A stretch of 64,000 bases of DNA from Eutreptiella sp. 'Long Island Sound 2002' (lineage: Eukaryota; Protista; Euglenida), in NCBI GenBank assembly GCA_964036045.1, contig OZ038378.1:155248001-155312000 (forward strand). Reading direction: 5' to 3'. The notes below the pieces were generated by a model. That model was not told the DNA's origin. It ran no database searches and was given only the letters and a program-made list of their open reading frames with translations. Shown one piece after another: positions 1 to 13,000 of this stretch. Within the stretch, counting starts at the first letter, position 1. The number at the start of each line of letters is the position of its first letter. The translations under genes were made by a program, and so were the position numbers.

Positions 1-512
1 CCGGGCAAGGGCCCATGCGGCTGAGTGTAGCGCAGGCGCAATACCGGCCACAGCAGGGGTCATTCGCCGGCACAACACTGGCAGCAATCGTGAGTCAGTA
101 ATGACTGTTATGCAACTCCTGCTCGGGTTTGAAATTTGCTGCATCGCTGCGGTGGAGAGCACCCAACAGCAAACTTGCCTCACAAGGTGCGGAAACAGGG
201 GGAGGGCCATAACAATCGTCGCGGTTTGTGAGCGAGACCAAAGGGTGGTCAGCAAGGACACCCCATGGACAAACGACGTTGATCAGTCAAGGCAGGTCAC
301 ACAGCAGACGCAGCACTGGACGGCGGTTGCTCTACAGGGGATCTGACCAGGGTTTGTAGAACCAGCCTCCTCCCCTATTGAGACTCTGGTTTCCCAAGCC
401 ATTGAATTGGTCGGTGCTTTGACTGTACCCATGCTTACACGGGCGTCCACGCAGCGATGCATTGCAACGCACGTAGTATCAAGGTCTTCAACTTTGCCCA
501 ACACCTTGATCC

Positions 513-555
513 CTGCTGCACTGCATTGCACTGCACTGCACTGCACTGCACTGCT
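513..555. repeat. (CTGCA)n pentanucleotide microsatellite
   Basis: ctgcactgcattgcactgcactgcactgcactgcactgc. Confidence 0.9.
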
Positions 556-730
556 ACAGGGCACTGGAGTCAAACAGGAAAATGTATGTTCAACTGCCGT
601 CTGATGGGTGGTATAACAAGATCGGATGGTTGGCTCAGCAGCAAAGAGTACGCTTGCACGAATGTGCAAGACTGAGGCTCGGCGACAGCAACCAAATGAG
701 CATTACTCAACCGCGTCTGCATACACATAC

Positions 731-1024
731 TTCTTTCGCGCGACGCAGCTCCGCCGCCTCCTCCTCCAGCTCCTCAATCCTCGACTGCAACGTCTCCACT
801 TGCTCACGCAGTCTCTCCGCCTCCTGCTCCACATCTGCTTCGCCCTCTTTGTCATCTGCAAAGAAATCCTTCGCCTCCGCCTTCTCCTTCAGATCCCGGA
901 TCTCGTCGCGCAGGCCTTGCACTAGGGCTTCGCTCTCGGTCTTCATCTCCTCCATGGCAGCCGTCAATCTGTCCACCTCCGTCTGCGCCTGCGCTGCAGC
1001 CAAATCATCGGCACCTTGTGCCCC
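731..1024 (-). CDS. Coiled-coil gene exon (GAQGADDLAAAQAQTEVDRL...ELRRAKE)
   Basis: catcAG acceptor, GAA|GTATGT donor, 98 codons. Confidence 0.85.
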
Positions 1025-4000
1025 CTGATGGACAAATCGGTGGAGTGCACACAAGGAACTGACTTGAAACCCGCACGGGTGTGGAGACTGGATGTCCCTT
1101 ACACCCCAGACCCAGTGGAAATCCCGCCTCCATAGTGCCTGTTGTGCAGTTCAAAGGCTATTGGCCGCTTTCCTTGGTAGGCATGCCCATCAGACAAGGT
1201 CCACAGCCAATCAGTGCTGTTGGCCACTGTGCGGCAAAGACACACAGACACGCACGCTTGGAGGGTACTGAGGGCAAAATACCTGCTCCTGCACATTGGC
1301 ATCTGCTTCACGGCTTGCGTTCATCTGCTGTAACTCCTCCTTCAAAGCCTGCGTTTCACTTTGTGACGCATCCAAATCCTCCTTCAGCTTTATCACCGCA
1401 CCCTTGGCCTTGTCCTTCACCTGAGAAAACGAATGTTCCGACTCCATGTGGATTGTGAAGCTCCGGTGCACAGAGGACATGGCTTCACATCCCGCACTTG
1501 TTGGCGTTCAATGCAAAACACATGCACCTCACGCTCGAGAGAGTGGGAGAAGATCTTCGTGCTACAATGGCCCCCATGCGGTGATGTGTACTCAGAACAT
1601 CGCCAATCACCCATAAATGCCCCCGGGGGTCAGCGAAGGCCCATCAGAAAGTCTTTCAACCCACGCTGGCATGAGAACAGCTTAATTGTCAAAAGTGAGC
1701 TGGACCAGCATTCGGCCCCTGAGGCCAGCATTGTTGTGAGTTAGGTATCCTCGGTGTGATGGCGGTGCGCAAACACATCCTCCCTGACACCCTGCACGCT
1801 GCTGCTGCCCACACGCTCTATGTGCTATGCTCCGAGCACCCTGTATGCGAGCTTTGCCGCCACACAAGCTGCGTCGGAACCTGTATGCTCATCCTCCCCA
1901 AACACTGCGTGCCATTTCTCCAAGCAAACTGTGTGATACTTCTCCCAACACCTACCCCGCCAACGAGAACTGTTCCCATCCCCACTACAGAGGACAGGAT
2001 GCGTCACGAGAGAAGAGCAATAACATCACCAACAACAACGCCATGCACTGACGAATACCTGTTGAAGCCTCTCGTCGCTGGCCTGCACTTGTTCAGTCAG
2101 CTGCCGCACACTGTCACGCAATGCGTCCCTTTCCGCGGCCAACTGCTCCGTCGACTCCTGAGCGGTAACGAAATGGTACAGAACAGCGAGCAAACTGCAC
2201 ACCAACACAGCCATGTCAATGGCCATACCCAACACGCCAGGCAGACTTCGGCATGACCTGCGTTGTCCGCGTGATTTGAAACAGGCTTACTTCGCCCAAT
2301 CCGCCAACACCCCAATCACGATGGAATGTCCTTCCCGATGCAAAGCCCTGTCTTTTGAGAGCGGGGTGGATGTACGGACTGTGCCCAAGTACACTAGTTT
2401 CGGAAGCTCTTGGTGGATGGCATTGTTGGACACAGCAACTCTTTTGGGCATTCCGTCCCTCCTGTGCTTGTGCCCGCACTGATGCAGTCTGACCGGACAG
2501 AACCTTCGGTCGAGGGCGGGGGATGCATGCCACTTCTCAACCTGCCATCAGAATACCCCCTTGCGATCCACAAACCACCCCCTCAACAACCCTCTAATGA
2601 TGTCAACGCACCGCAGGGTCTCACGCACTCCGCCGGGAAATACAACGTCGTTGAAACAAGAGCGTCCACATAGTGTATTGCATGCAGAACGATAAACCAT
2701 GTCTCAATGTTGTTGCTTTCCCCTCTGCAGCTGCACGTCCCACACACCTCCACAGGCTGCAGCATCGCCGCTCCACCCTCTCCCTTGTCACGCAGCTCTG
2801 CCGCCTCCTCCTCCAGCTCCTCAATCCTCGACTGCAACGTCTCCACTTGCTCACGCAGTCTCTCCGCCTCCTGCTCCACGTCTGCTTCGCCCTCTTTGTC
2901 ATCTGCAAAGAAATCCTTCGCCTCCGCCTTCTCCTTCAGATCCCGGATCTCGTCGCGCAAGCCTTGCACTAGGGCTTCGCTCTCGGTCTTCATCTCCTCC
3001 ATGGCAGCCGTCAATCTGTCCACCTCCATCTGCGCTTGTGCAGCGTTCTCCTGCCCATCATTGGGTGCGTTGCAAACTGTCTCCTGGAGACAAAATGTCC
3101 AAACCTACAAATGGCAAGCTCTGGTCCTGCCCCACCCAACTTACAGGTAAGAAACGCAACCACATCGTGCCTATGGCACCACACGTGTGCGCCACACACA
3201 TGCTCTTGAAGTGAGCCCAGAAGGGGAGCAAAGAGGACCACGGAAGAAGCGCTGGAGAATGCCCCATCAATTATGAAACGGGATGGGAAATTACTGGGAA
3301 TTTTCTCACAGAGAAGACGGGAACACCCAACCCAGGCTGAGCCGAGAAATTCCTTCACATTGCATCGTAGGTCTTCGGGGACTGTATTCCGATGGCACAG
3401 CACACTACAACAGACGAGCCCTGATACGCACACACTTCCTCGAGCGAAACCTGCGCATCAGCACTTCGCTGCCCATTTTCTTTGATCTGCTGCAGCTGTT
3501 CCTCCAAAGCCTGCGACTTCTGGAGTGAAGCATCCAAATCCTCTCGCAGCTTCGTCATGACGGCCCTGGCCTTCTCCCGGACCTGAAAAATGGTAAGAAC
3601 AGGGACCAGTCTGAGAAGCGTGGGGCATCGCATGTGTCACGGGGACTTTGGATGTCCTGTCTAGGCACTGGGCACTCCCTGCCACGTCTTCATGGCAACA
3701 TGGGGGCTCAGCCTAGAGGACAAGCATATGATATAGCACAGCCATCAAGGGCCTAGTGGACACAAGTATGATATAGAACAACTACCAAGGGCTCAACTGT
3801 ACACTTCCGTGTCTGGCTCCGCGGGTGCGCGTAAACTTCCCCAGCTGTTTGGTGCCCACCCATCCCACACCTTTGTGTGTTCATGGCATCTACAGGAGCC
3901 CCCTGCTCAATCGGCCCACCTTCCCTGCATAATCCACAACGCAGTACATTCGAGATGCAGTCTATTCTCCTGCGCTCGTGCGCAATACACATCACAACAT

Positions 4001-7000
4001 GGGCATTACTTGCAAGGACCCACAGGATGTGGCAGCTCTGCTGCTGCGACAGAACATATCAGCGAAAATAGTCAGAAAAACTTCCTATACCCAAGAAATG
4101 AAACATTCTTTTTCAACCCTCGGGCTAAGAACAGCCAAATCCTGTGTAGTCGTTGGTCCACTGCCCCCACAGGTAAAAAATGTTTTTGACCACCCTCTTT
4201 GTGAATTTCAGCCCGTCCTTTCGATGCAGAGCAGAGGATATCCCACCGGTGCTGCGCCGACCGCTAGTCGCACAAAGTGCAGCTCCTTGGAATGGCCTGG
4301 CACTGCCTCACATCACTAGCCTCTTGCGGTTGCAAATTCAGTGGCAGCTTGCATCACCCTCCCCATGGGGCCACGACAACCAGACCAAATGACTGGCGAC
4401 GGATGAGCATTGACGTATGGCAATTTGATGGGTTTCGAAGGGACAATTGGATTGGGAGTCAAATCACTTCTTGAGCGACAGTGGAAGAGCAAGATGATGG
4501 ATCACCAATGCCGCACCGATAATTGCGACAAAGGCAAAAACAAAGGCAAAAAGCAAAGACAAGAAAGAGCAGAAGAAGGGCACAAAAATCCCTAAAATGG
4601 GAAAAAAACAAAATGCTTAGATTAAAACCCCATACACGACTCACACACCCCACACTCAAGCGGATACAACATGGTGTAGACTGCTGTTTTGTGCTGGGGT
4701 TCCTCGGGTCACACCACATCTCAGTGCAACAGCAATCGCTCAGTTTGGAGATATTTTGTACTTTTGTGGCCTGATGCCACGTTGGTCGGCTGATGCCCCC
4801 AATGGCCCACAGAAACATCTACAGGGCGCTCCGGCCACAACATCAATAAAATCCGCCTCAGAAATTCGATTTTTTGACCCACAGCAGCCGAAAACGATAA
4901 AACCCTTTGTGGGTTAGCGCCGCCCCCTTGGTCTATACTGCAACCTGCTTGGGCAATAGTTGCCCCCTGTGCCCCATCACCACCACTACCGCCGCCATCT
5001 GACACCAGAAAGGCTCACCAGGCAGGTCTCTCAACCGAGGACTGCACCCAGCCCTCCAAATTTGCAGGGACGCCAGTGTGGCCTTGGGTGCAACAGGGGG
5101 GGCCTTGCAGCAGCAATGCTAGGCAAGCCCATGGACCACAGTGCGGGTGGAGGAGAGGGCTCAGGGCAGAAGGGCGGTGCCTGAGTGGTGCATGTGGAAA
5201 CTGGCATGCGTGTGGGAGGCGGCTGTTCATTGGGAGGACGGCGGCCGGTTCCACCTTGAAACGTCAAAATGTAGGAAATAAAACAGTGCCGGCATGTCAC
5301 GAAGGCACTGCAAAGTGACATTCTTGCCGATTTGACAGAAGCCAAACCACAAAACCAACCACCGTGGCCCAACACCTCGACAGACAAACCAGTTCCCTCA
5401 CAGTCATCACTGTCGCAGCAAGGCAGCAAAGGAAAAAAAACAGCGGCAGCAAATATAGGAAGCTTGACCTGGTTGAGACGCTGCTGGGACTCCTCCTCAA
5501 GCTGAGCGATCTTGGTTTGCAGCCCTTCCACCTCCTCTCTCCACCTCTTCTCCACCTCGTCATTCTGGGAGCTTGGGTGTTCCTTTGCAGCCTCCATCTG
5601 GGATGGGTCACAAGAACAACAAGGAAATGTAGGCCCTGCATCGCACGCCGGGACCCATCGCATGCCTAATGCTGGGGCAGGGGGTGGACGATGGCCTGCC
5701 CCAGCCCGTTCAACACAACACGTGCATGCACCTGCTGCTGGCTGGCTGCTTGGCCTGCTTTGACGTGCTGCAACTCGTCTTCCAAACTCTGTGCCTTCTT
5801 GAGAGAGGCATCCAAATCCTCCCTCAACTTTACAACAGCAGCCTTGGCTTTTTCCTTCACCTGATGCAAGAGACAAGAGGGCACACTGCTTGCAACAGAA
5901 GGGCTTGCAACACGCATGCCTGCTCTGGGGCATCTCAGGGAGAACGCCTGCAATGCCGTACAAATGCCACAGAATCTGGGTTTCCCTCTTTTCCCCAGGG
6001 GACATTGCTGGGCATTTCAGTGGCTTGCTTGACAACACTATTGATAAGCAGAGCCTTGAACAACAACAACATGGCGGGGCCTCCTGGATACGTTTGAAAG
6101 ACCATCAATCTCAGTGCTTTCATGCTGGTAAGGTTTGGAAACGGTGTCTTCTTTTTTTTTTCTTCCTAATTTGTAGACAGCGTGGTGATGGTAAACACTT
6201 GGACTCTGACTCTGCAATAGTTGATGGCAAGAATGGGGAGGAATTAAAAAAGCAACATAACCCCTGACGTTTCAGGATCCCCAGAGCGGGAGGAATCAAA
6301 AAGCGGGGCCCAAACTGGGGAGGACACCATAAGGCTACATCGTCCCTGCCATGTTGAGGTCCCTGGAGAGGAGTCAAAAAGGCTACATCACCCCTGCCGT
6401 CTCGAGGTCCTCAGAGCGGGGAGGAATCAAAAAGGCTACATATCTCAGGGGCCCGCAGCGGGAAGCAATCAAAAAGGCTACATGACCCCTGCTGTCTCAG
6501 GTTCCCAGCGTAGGGCGGAATCAAAAAAGCCACATAACAAGGCTACATAACAAGGCCCTCGCGCAGGAAAAAAATCACAATTGTATGACTTACAATATAC
6601 ACTTCTAAAAGCTGAGTTAGTGTACAGGTTGGCACTTCTGGGCATACACACTGGTTTGAGCTGGGAATAATTGGTTGCATTGATTGTCTCAAGCAGCCGG
6701 GGAAAAATATTGGTGAGAGTGAGACAGTTGTCCCTCTACTCACACATGGTGCTATTGCCCCTCGGCATCCCTCCCATGCCAGTGCCGGCATGCTTCACAT
6801 TCAGTGAAGCTTGGAGGGTGCTCTCCTCCAATGATGTGGGAAATGTAACACAGGGCCAATGGTTCTGGATCACTCAGTGTTACCCAACGGTGGTGTGCAG
6901 CATTACCACAGATTTTACCATTGGTTTTGTCCTTTGTTTGGAGCAAGTAGGGTGATGCTTCAGCCCTGCAGTGGGCCAATGCCTGGTTGTGGGTATGCTT

Positions 7001-10000
7001 TGGAGGGGCTTCAACTGGTTGGGCACATGCAGCACTCGTGCTCCAGACCAGGAGGCAGGCACCCACACCATGGCACAGCAAAGTTGAACGCAATTCAACA
7101 AAGCTGAATGGCAGCACGGCGCCCAGTGGACGATGAGCTGCTCGGACTCCGTGGCTGAAGCTTGTGCTGTTGCAGCTGCCTGGGTTTCGGCAGTGCAGGC
7201 TTGTGGGTTCCTCCCCCAAAGCCCACCCACCACCTGGGTGCGGCTATGCATAGTTGGTGTTTGTCAGATATTAAGGTTAGCTCAGTGGCATGTGGCGGAG
7301 ACATAACAGCTATGTTCTGGTAGTTCTGAGGTGGCAGGCAGGCAGGCACCCCCCGCAAGGGTATCCTCGATAACAGGGGCTGGCCCAAACAATCCTGCCG
7401 CAGCAGAACATGTGAAATACAGACCAGCACTTGCTGATGCAGAAAGCAAGCCCAATTTGTTGGCCTACAAATATGATATGCAGGCGTCTGTGGCTCCTAA
7501 GTGTTCTGGTTCCGTACAGACCAAAGAGCGGAGCCTCAGCATTTTGCACTTACGGTCGGGAAAACCCCGATTTAATGCGCCAATGAGGCTGCCATGCAAC
7601 TTCTCACTGAATGATCCTGCTGACGTGGAGAGCTCACGTGCACTCATTCCCTGAGGGTGAGTTGGGGTGCTCCCAAACTCCTACCAGTGCGCTTCGTCGA
7701 CCGAACGCTGTTGCACCATGGTGCACTTTCATTCTTTTTGCCACATTGGGAGATGCTCTCTCCTGATCAGAGGTGCATTTTCGGGAAAACCGTCACAATT
7801 CAGACTTCAAATCGCTATTTTACTGGCTTTAGCATTTCTCCAGGCTCCGGAGAATGATGTTCTGCGATCAAAACCACACACGCACACACGCACACGCATG
7901 CAGTCTCTTTCTGAACAGACACAGGAAGCAACCATTTCCGAAGCACTTAGCAAGAAGCTAAAGACACATGCACAAATTCACAAAGGGGGAGGGGGAGGGG
8001 GTGGAGAACACAGCCATGTCGCACTCTGACAAGAAAGCCCTTGTCATCCCGTCACCCTTATGTTCACTGGCGAATTGCAGCTTGACCTGCAACAGACGCT
8101 GCTGAGACTCCTCCTCCAGCGCAACAATCTTGCTTTGCAATTCTTCTACTTGGCCTCGCAATTGAGCTGCCTCATTCTCCGTCTGCATTGTGCCCTCCTG
8201 ATCATCAGCAACAGAATCCTCCGGCACAGCCTTCACATCCTGGGGCTCACCATCACTTTTGTTGCATTTGTTTGCCTGGCGCAACTGCTCCTCCAAATCC
8301 TGCACTTTTTGGAGCGCAGCATCCAACTCCTCTCTCAGCTTTAACACTGCCACCTTGGCCTTTTCCTTGACCTACAACAGGACAAAACGGGCACCGCAAG
8401 CCCAGAGAAAACAGCGTGCGGCTGTGACTTCGCGCCCAAATCTGCCCCGGATTGGCAAATCGCAATACAATTGGCGGCATGACGCTGCTGGTCCAATCCA
8501 TACGCAAATCCCTTGCATTCATGACGTGACATTCCCAACCGCAAGCAACAAGCACGCAACTGTTCACCCTGGGGAACCTGATTCGTGCGCTGCTGTGACT
8601 CCTGCAGCTGCTGGCGAAGTTCGCAGACTTCCTGATCCACACAGACGTAACGAACAGAAGACAATGGTCACAGAAACGCGCGCTGGGCAAATTCGAAAGC
8701 CACGTCACACATCATCATATCTGCGTGGACAGATGCGACACTACATTTCACGTGCTTGCAACTTCAGTCGGCGCTCGGAGACCACATCGGCAAAAGGGTG
8801 GAGGACATGCACTCCTTAACACTATGAAGCCCCCTCTGGCACAGGACCTGGCTCCCGCTGTCATCCTCGGAAGGAGGCTTAGGCCCTCGACAATTCTCGA
8901 GCTCTTGCTGGAGCTGTAAAACCTGGAATCACATGTACACGTTTTAAGAGATCAGAATACAATCACGATGCCGGGCAGGGCTGCCTTTTATCACAAGCAC
9001 ACAAACGTCTCATCCCAGGGATGGCTGAAAGCAAGGGATCGTGCAATGAGACTTGGGGCCCTCGAAACCGGCTGGGAGCAACTGGAGCCGGCCACAACAA
9101 TATTTCTCAGGGCAGCAGGACTTGTGCACAGTGTGACACACAATTTGCACACGCAGCATTCGCGCATGCCCCTTGGCCCCCCAATAGGCCCGCTAATAGG
9201 CCGCCAAGTAGGCCCCCTAATAGGCTCGCTAATAGGCCCCCTCCTAGGCCCCCGAATAGGCCGTGGCTCCTGTCTCAACACGATGGTGTTGTTGGAGCGT
9301 GGCAAATCGGGTGCAGGGTTCCAGTGTGCACCACGCATACCCTCCTGGGGCAGATAAATTCCGCCGAACCATGATTGCGCCCCACATACGGTATGGCACT
9401 CCACACCTTACCTACGGTTCGGTGCTTTGTGCCTCACAAGGCGAGAAATCTGGTCTACAACATGCAGGCAGTGTCCACAATGAGCAGATTGTGTCTACTA
9501 GTGGTAGACAGTATCAACAAGCCACGACAGTGTCCGGCAGCTGCTTGTGGCTGTTTGCTGCACACGGCATCCCAGCGTATGGCGCTTCATGCCCCACATA
9601 CAGTTCGGTGCTCCACACCTCACATTCAAAATATCTCATCCACAAGAACAACATCTACAACAGACAATTTATATCATTCACAGACCACGTCCATTGGCAG
9701 CATCCAGTATCCGAATGTTGTACGTGGCATCCTATGGCTTCACGCCTGCTATGTATGGTTTGTTGCTCCATGCCTCAGGACCATCCAGCATTGCACCCCA
9801 AGGCCACTGAGAGGTACCCGATGAGGTGATGGGTGTTGCAATGACAGGGAAAATCTCTTGACAACAGAGGCCTTGGGCCGGTTACCGACAGCCCCGGTAC
9901 TTGGACAGCACAAAGAAGAAGCAACAAGGGAAAGCAAGTACCAAAAACAAAGAATCATCACTGACGTGCCATACCCCCCATGCAGAAGCACGCCTCAGCC

Positions 10001-13000
10001 CCCAGGACATGATCGTAGCAATTGGGAACGTGTGCACCACTGATGTAACACTTGTTGATACGGACCCCCCTTGGGAGTGCTTCCCTTGCGCCACAGAGTA
10101 AGGGGAAACAACTTTCGTGCACACGGTCAAGGAACGAAGCAAGACAACAAAACAAATTCCATGCATGCTGGTTTGTTGACACCATCACCCTCTCAAACGA
10201 GAGAAACCAGAGGCAGGCGATAGGGTGTATCCTCAACAGCGGGAAGCCAAAAATTCGGCCTCCATGACGCTACAACCAACAGGACTCCTCCACTACACCA
10301 CTAATTTCTTCTAGCCTCACCGGTTACTCCATCAGCCGTCAAAGGCCTCCATGTGCCACTGGAGTTGTGCACTTGGCTGGACAAGATGCAACCCGGGCCC
10401 CAGTATGCTTGCGAAACTTTCACCGGGCCTTCAACCAAGGGGTCCATTCATCCTTCTCGGATAGGTCCGAATGTGGCAGATTTTGTGGTTGTGTAACTTT
10501 TTTGCTTTCGTCGTTGCACAATGGACGCATCTCCGCAACACAAATGTGCTGACTGACTTTCCATATGCCGCACATGTGACCGAGTGAATCCAAATAGGCG
10601 GCCACAAGTGCACTATTTGGGATGCATCGTAATAATGGTCTCCGTTCCTTCCCGCCTCGAAAAGAAATGCGTCGGATCACCTCCATCGGCCTCCCGGGCA
10701 AGCACTCAGGCAGATCCACCGGTGTTGCAATGTCAATGGCGATCCGGTTCATGCAAAGATAGGGCTTCACCTTATCTTGGTCACTTTTTGTAGTTTTTGC
10801 AATCAGTTCCTTCAAGGAGTAATTTCCCAAAGTGAGCTCGCGGTTGCTTGCGTGCAACTCCTGAGAAATAGAAAGGCAACGTTTACCATTAGGAACCGGA
10901 TTGCAAAGAGGGTTCGAGGGACCGCCTCCACTGGATGCCTTTTCAACAAATCAGAAAATGGCGGGGTCCCAAATGAGCACATGTTTTCCATGTTTAAATG
11001 TTGTCCATAACAGATGCAAAGCCACAGTGGAACCTCTAATGTGCGACATTGGTTGGCTCTTTTCAACAAAAGCAAAGAAAGCGAAAGGAGCAACATGTGC
11101 AAGGAAAATGAACGTGACGACAAAAGAAGCGGAAGGACATGCAACGACAAGAGCGGAGGCAGACGAAAAGAAGTGAAAGCCATGAGGAGACTCCTTGTTT
11201 TTGGTTCGAGAATGAGAGTGGAGAACCAAGACATCGGGCATTGGAACGAAACCCCAAACCACATTTCGTTTGCGTGTACCCTTCGGTGTGTGCGACACGC
11301 CACCACATCATGCATGCACACAGACAGCGAGGCATGCACATAGCATGGATGGAATACACTAGCATCTGCTCATCTTCTCATGTCCCTAACAGCCTCTCGT
11401 GCCCCATCCATCTAGTGTGCCGATCCAATCCATAGTAGGTCCACTAAATTTTGCAACGGTATGTGATGGATGGAATCATGTGCCACAGAACATTGATGCA
11501 ATAGACGCACGTAGGATCGGTGGAATATGCCGATGCAATGTACGCAAAAAAATTGGATTGATGCAATGAGAAAGGCGAGCCGAAGACTTCCTTTGATCAC
11601 CCCGACTGCATAGCAATATGCACCACGGAAGTTCAACGGAAAAAGACGGGCTGTTTGACACAAATTTGAATGCATATCTCATGAGCGACGCGGAAACTAA
11701 GACACAAGGTGCTCTAATACGCAACCAACTACAATATGCTACACTACAACGACATGCACCTTCATTGTTTCATGCAACGAGCTCACTTCTGTTTTCAGTT
11801 CGGCGTTCTCGGCCGTCAGGCTCTCCACCGAAGCCTTTAATTGCTCGACATCCTCTTGCTGCATAGAGAGGAGAGGCGTTGTCGGCCACCTAGTGGCTAC
11901 CTCACAACCTAGAGATACATGTAGAATAGTCGCCTACCGCTTCCAAAGCGTTGCATACCCTCACCACCTCACTTGTGCAACGTGCCATTTGCCATGTGTA
12001 TTTTGAATTATGTCGTCTTCCTAAGAATGATAATTCGTATTGATGCATTCCAACATTTAAAGCCTAGAAGGGAGGCCGTACGGGTAATCTAGTATGCCGG
12101 TCGGGAAGCGGGGAGGATAAGGGCCTAGGTTCCCTAGTACCTACCAAACATGCATAAAAAGGCCAAAGAGAGCCGTTGAAATGGAGTTGCAAACGGCCGT
12201 ATGGTTGGAGCTTTGAAGCACACGCTCCTAGGGCACGTGTGGAGCACCCTTGTAACCAGGTGGTTGGAATGAAACGCATAGAACATGGAGCACCAATGCA
12301 CCCCGGTCGTTAATGTCAAGTTTTCGAAGGGTAGCTGTGCTCTTGCATGATCACCGGATGGGCGTTTAAAAATTTTATTAGAGCTTTGTCGGGTATGCGA
12401 AGATAAAAGACATATGCATATGGTTTGAACAAACAGGAAAAGGGGTTTTAGCGCGGACTTGGCATCAAGGCACTTGCTACCAATCCTTTGTCCGTATCAT
12501 ATTGCACGCGACGGCTTTGTTCCCGCTACTTCGGAAATGTGAGAAATGTTCCACTCACAAAAATGAATGGCTATAAAAAGGATGTGTAGTGCGCTGAAAT
12601 TATCTTTTCTTTGGCAGGAGGCAAAACTTTGAAACGGTTTTTTTCCTGAGGCACCTAAACGGACCCCAAAGCGTGTTGCGACATCATTGGGATTGGATCC
12701 AGTGGCCCGGTTGTATTGCGTGTGGCCTTCTCCAAGCACACATGAATAAAGATTGTCGCTACCGTGCACATTCGCGTCACTTGCCCCCTCCCCCCTTTTG
12801 TCTCGGAGCGCACGGCACGAGAAAAATAGGTGACAAGTGAACCACTTTCTATACAAAAACGGAGACAATAGAAGCAACAAGCACTTCGGGATGGGCGGGT
12901 CACATGGTCCAAGACAAAACCACCTTTGTCATCTTGTAAAACATGACAAATCATGGTGTCGGGGTGCCATGGGTTACGGGCCCAAATGTCAAATTCCCGC

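Noticed and set aside
3786-4930. CAAGGG...CCCTTG-bounded P-like element in a coiled-coil-gene intron
   Set aside because: Only 6 terminal bases match and the flanks (acaactac / gtctatac) are not a TSD
10420-10770. Protein-like continuation of the 145-aa minus-strand ORF
   Set aside because: Only 10771-10860 is bounded by splice sites and fits the coiled-coil gene; the remainder is best explained as intron read-through
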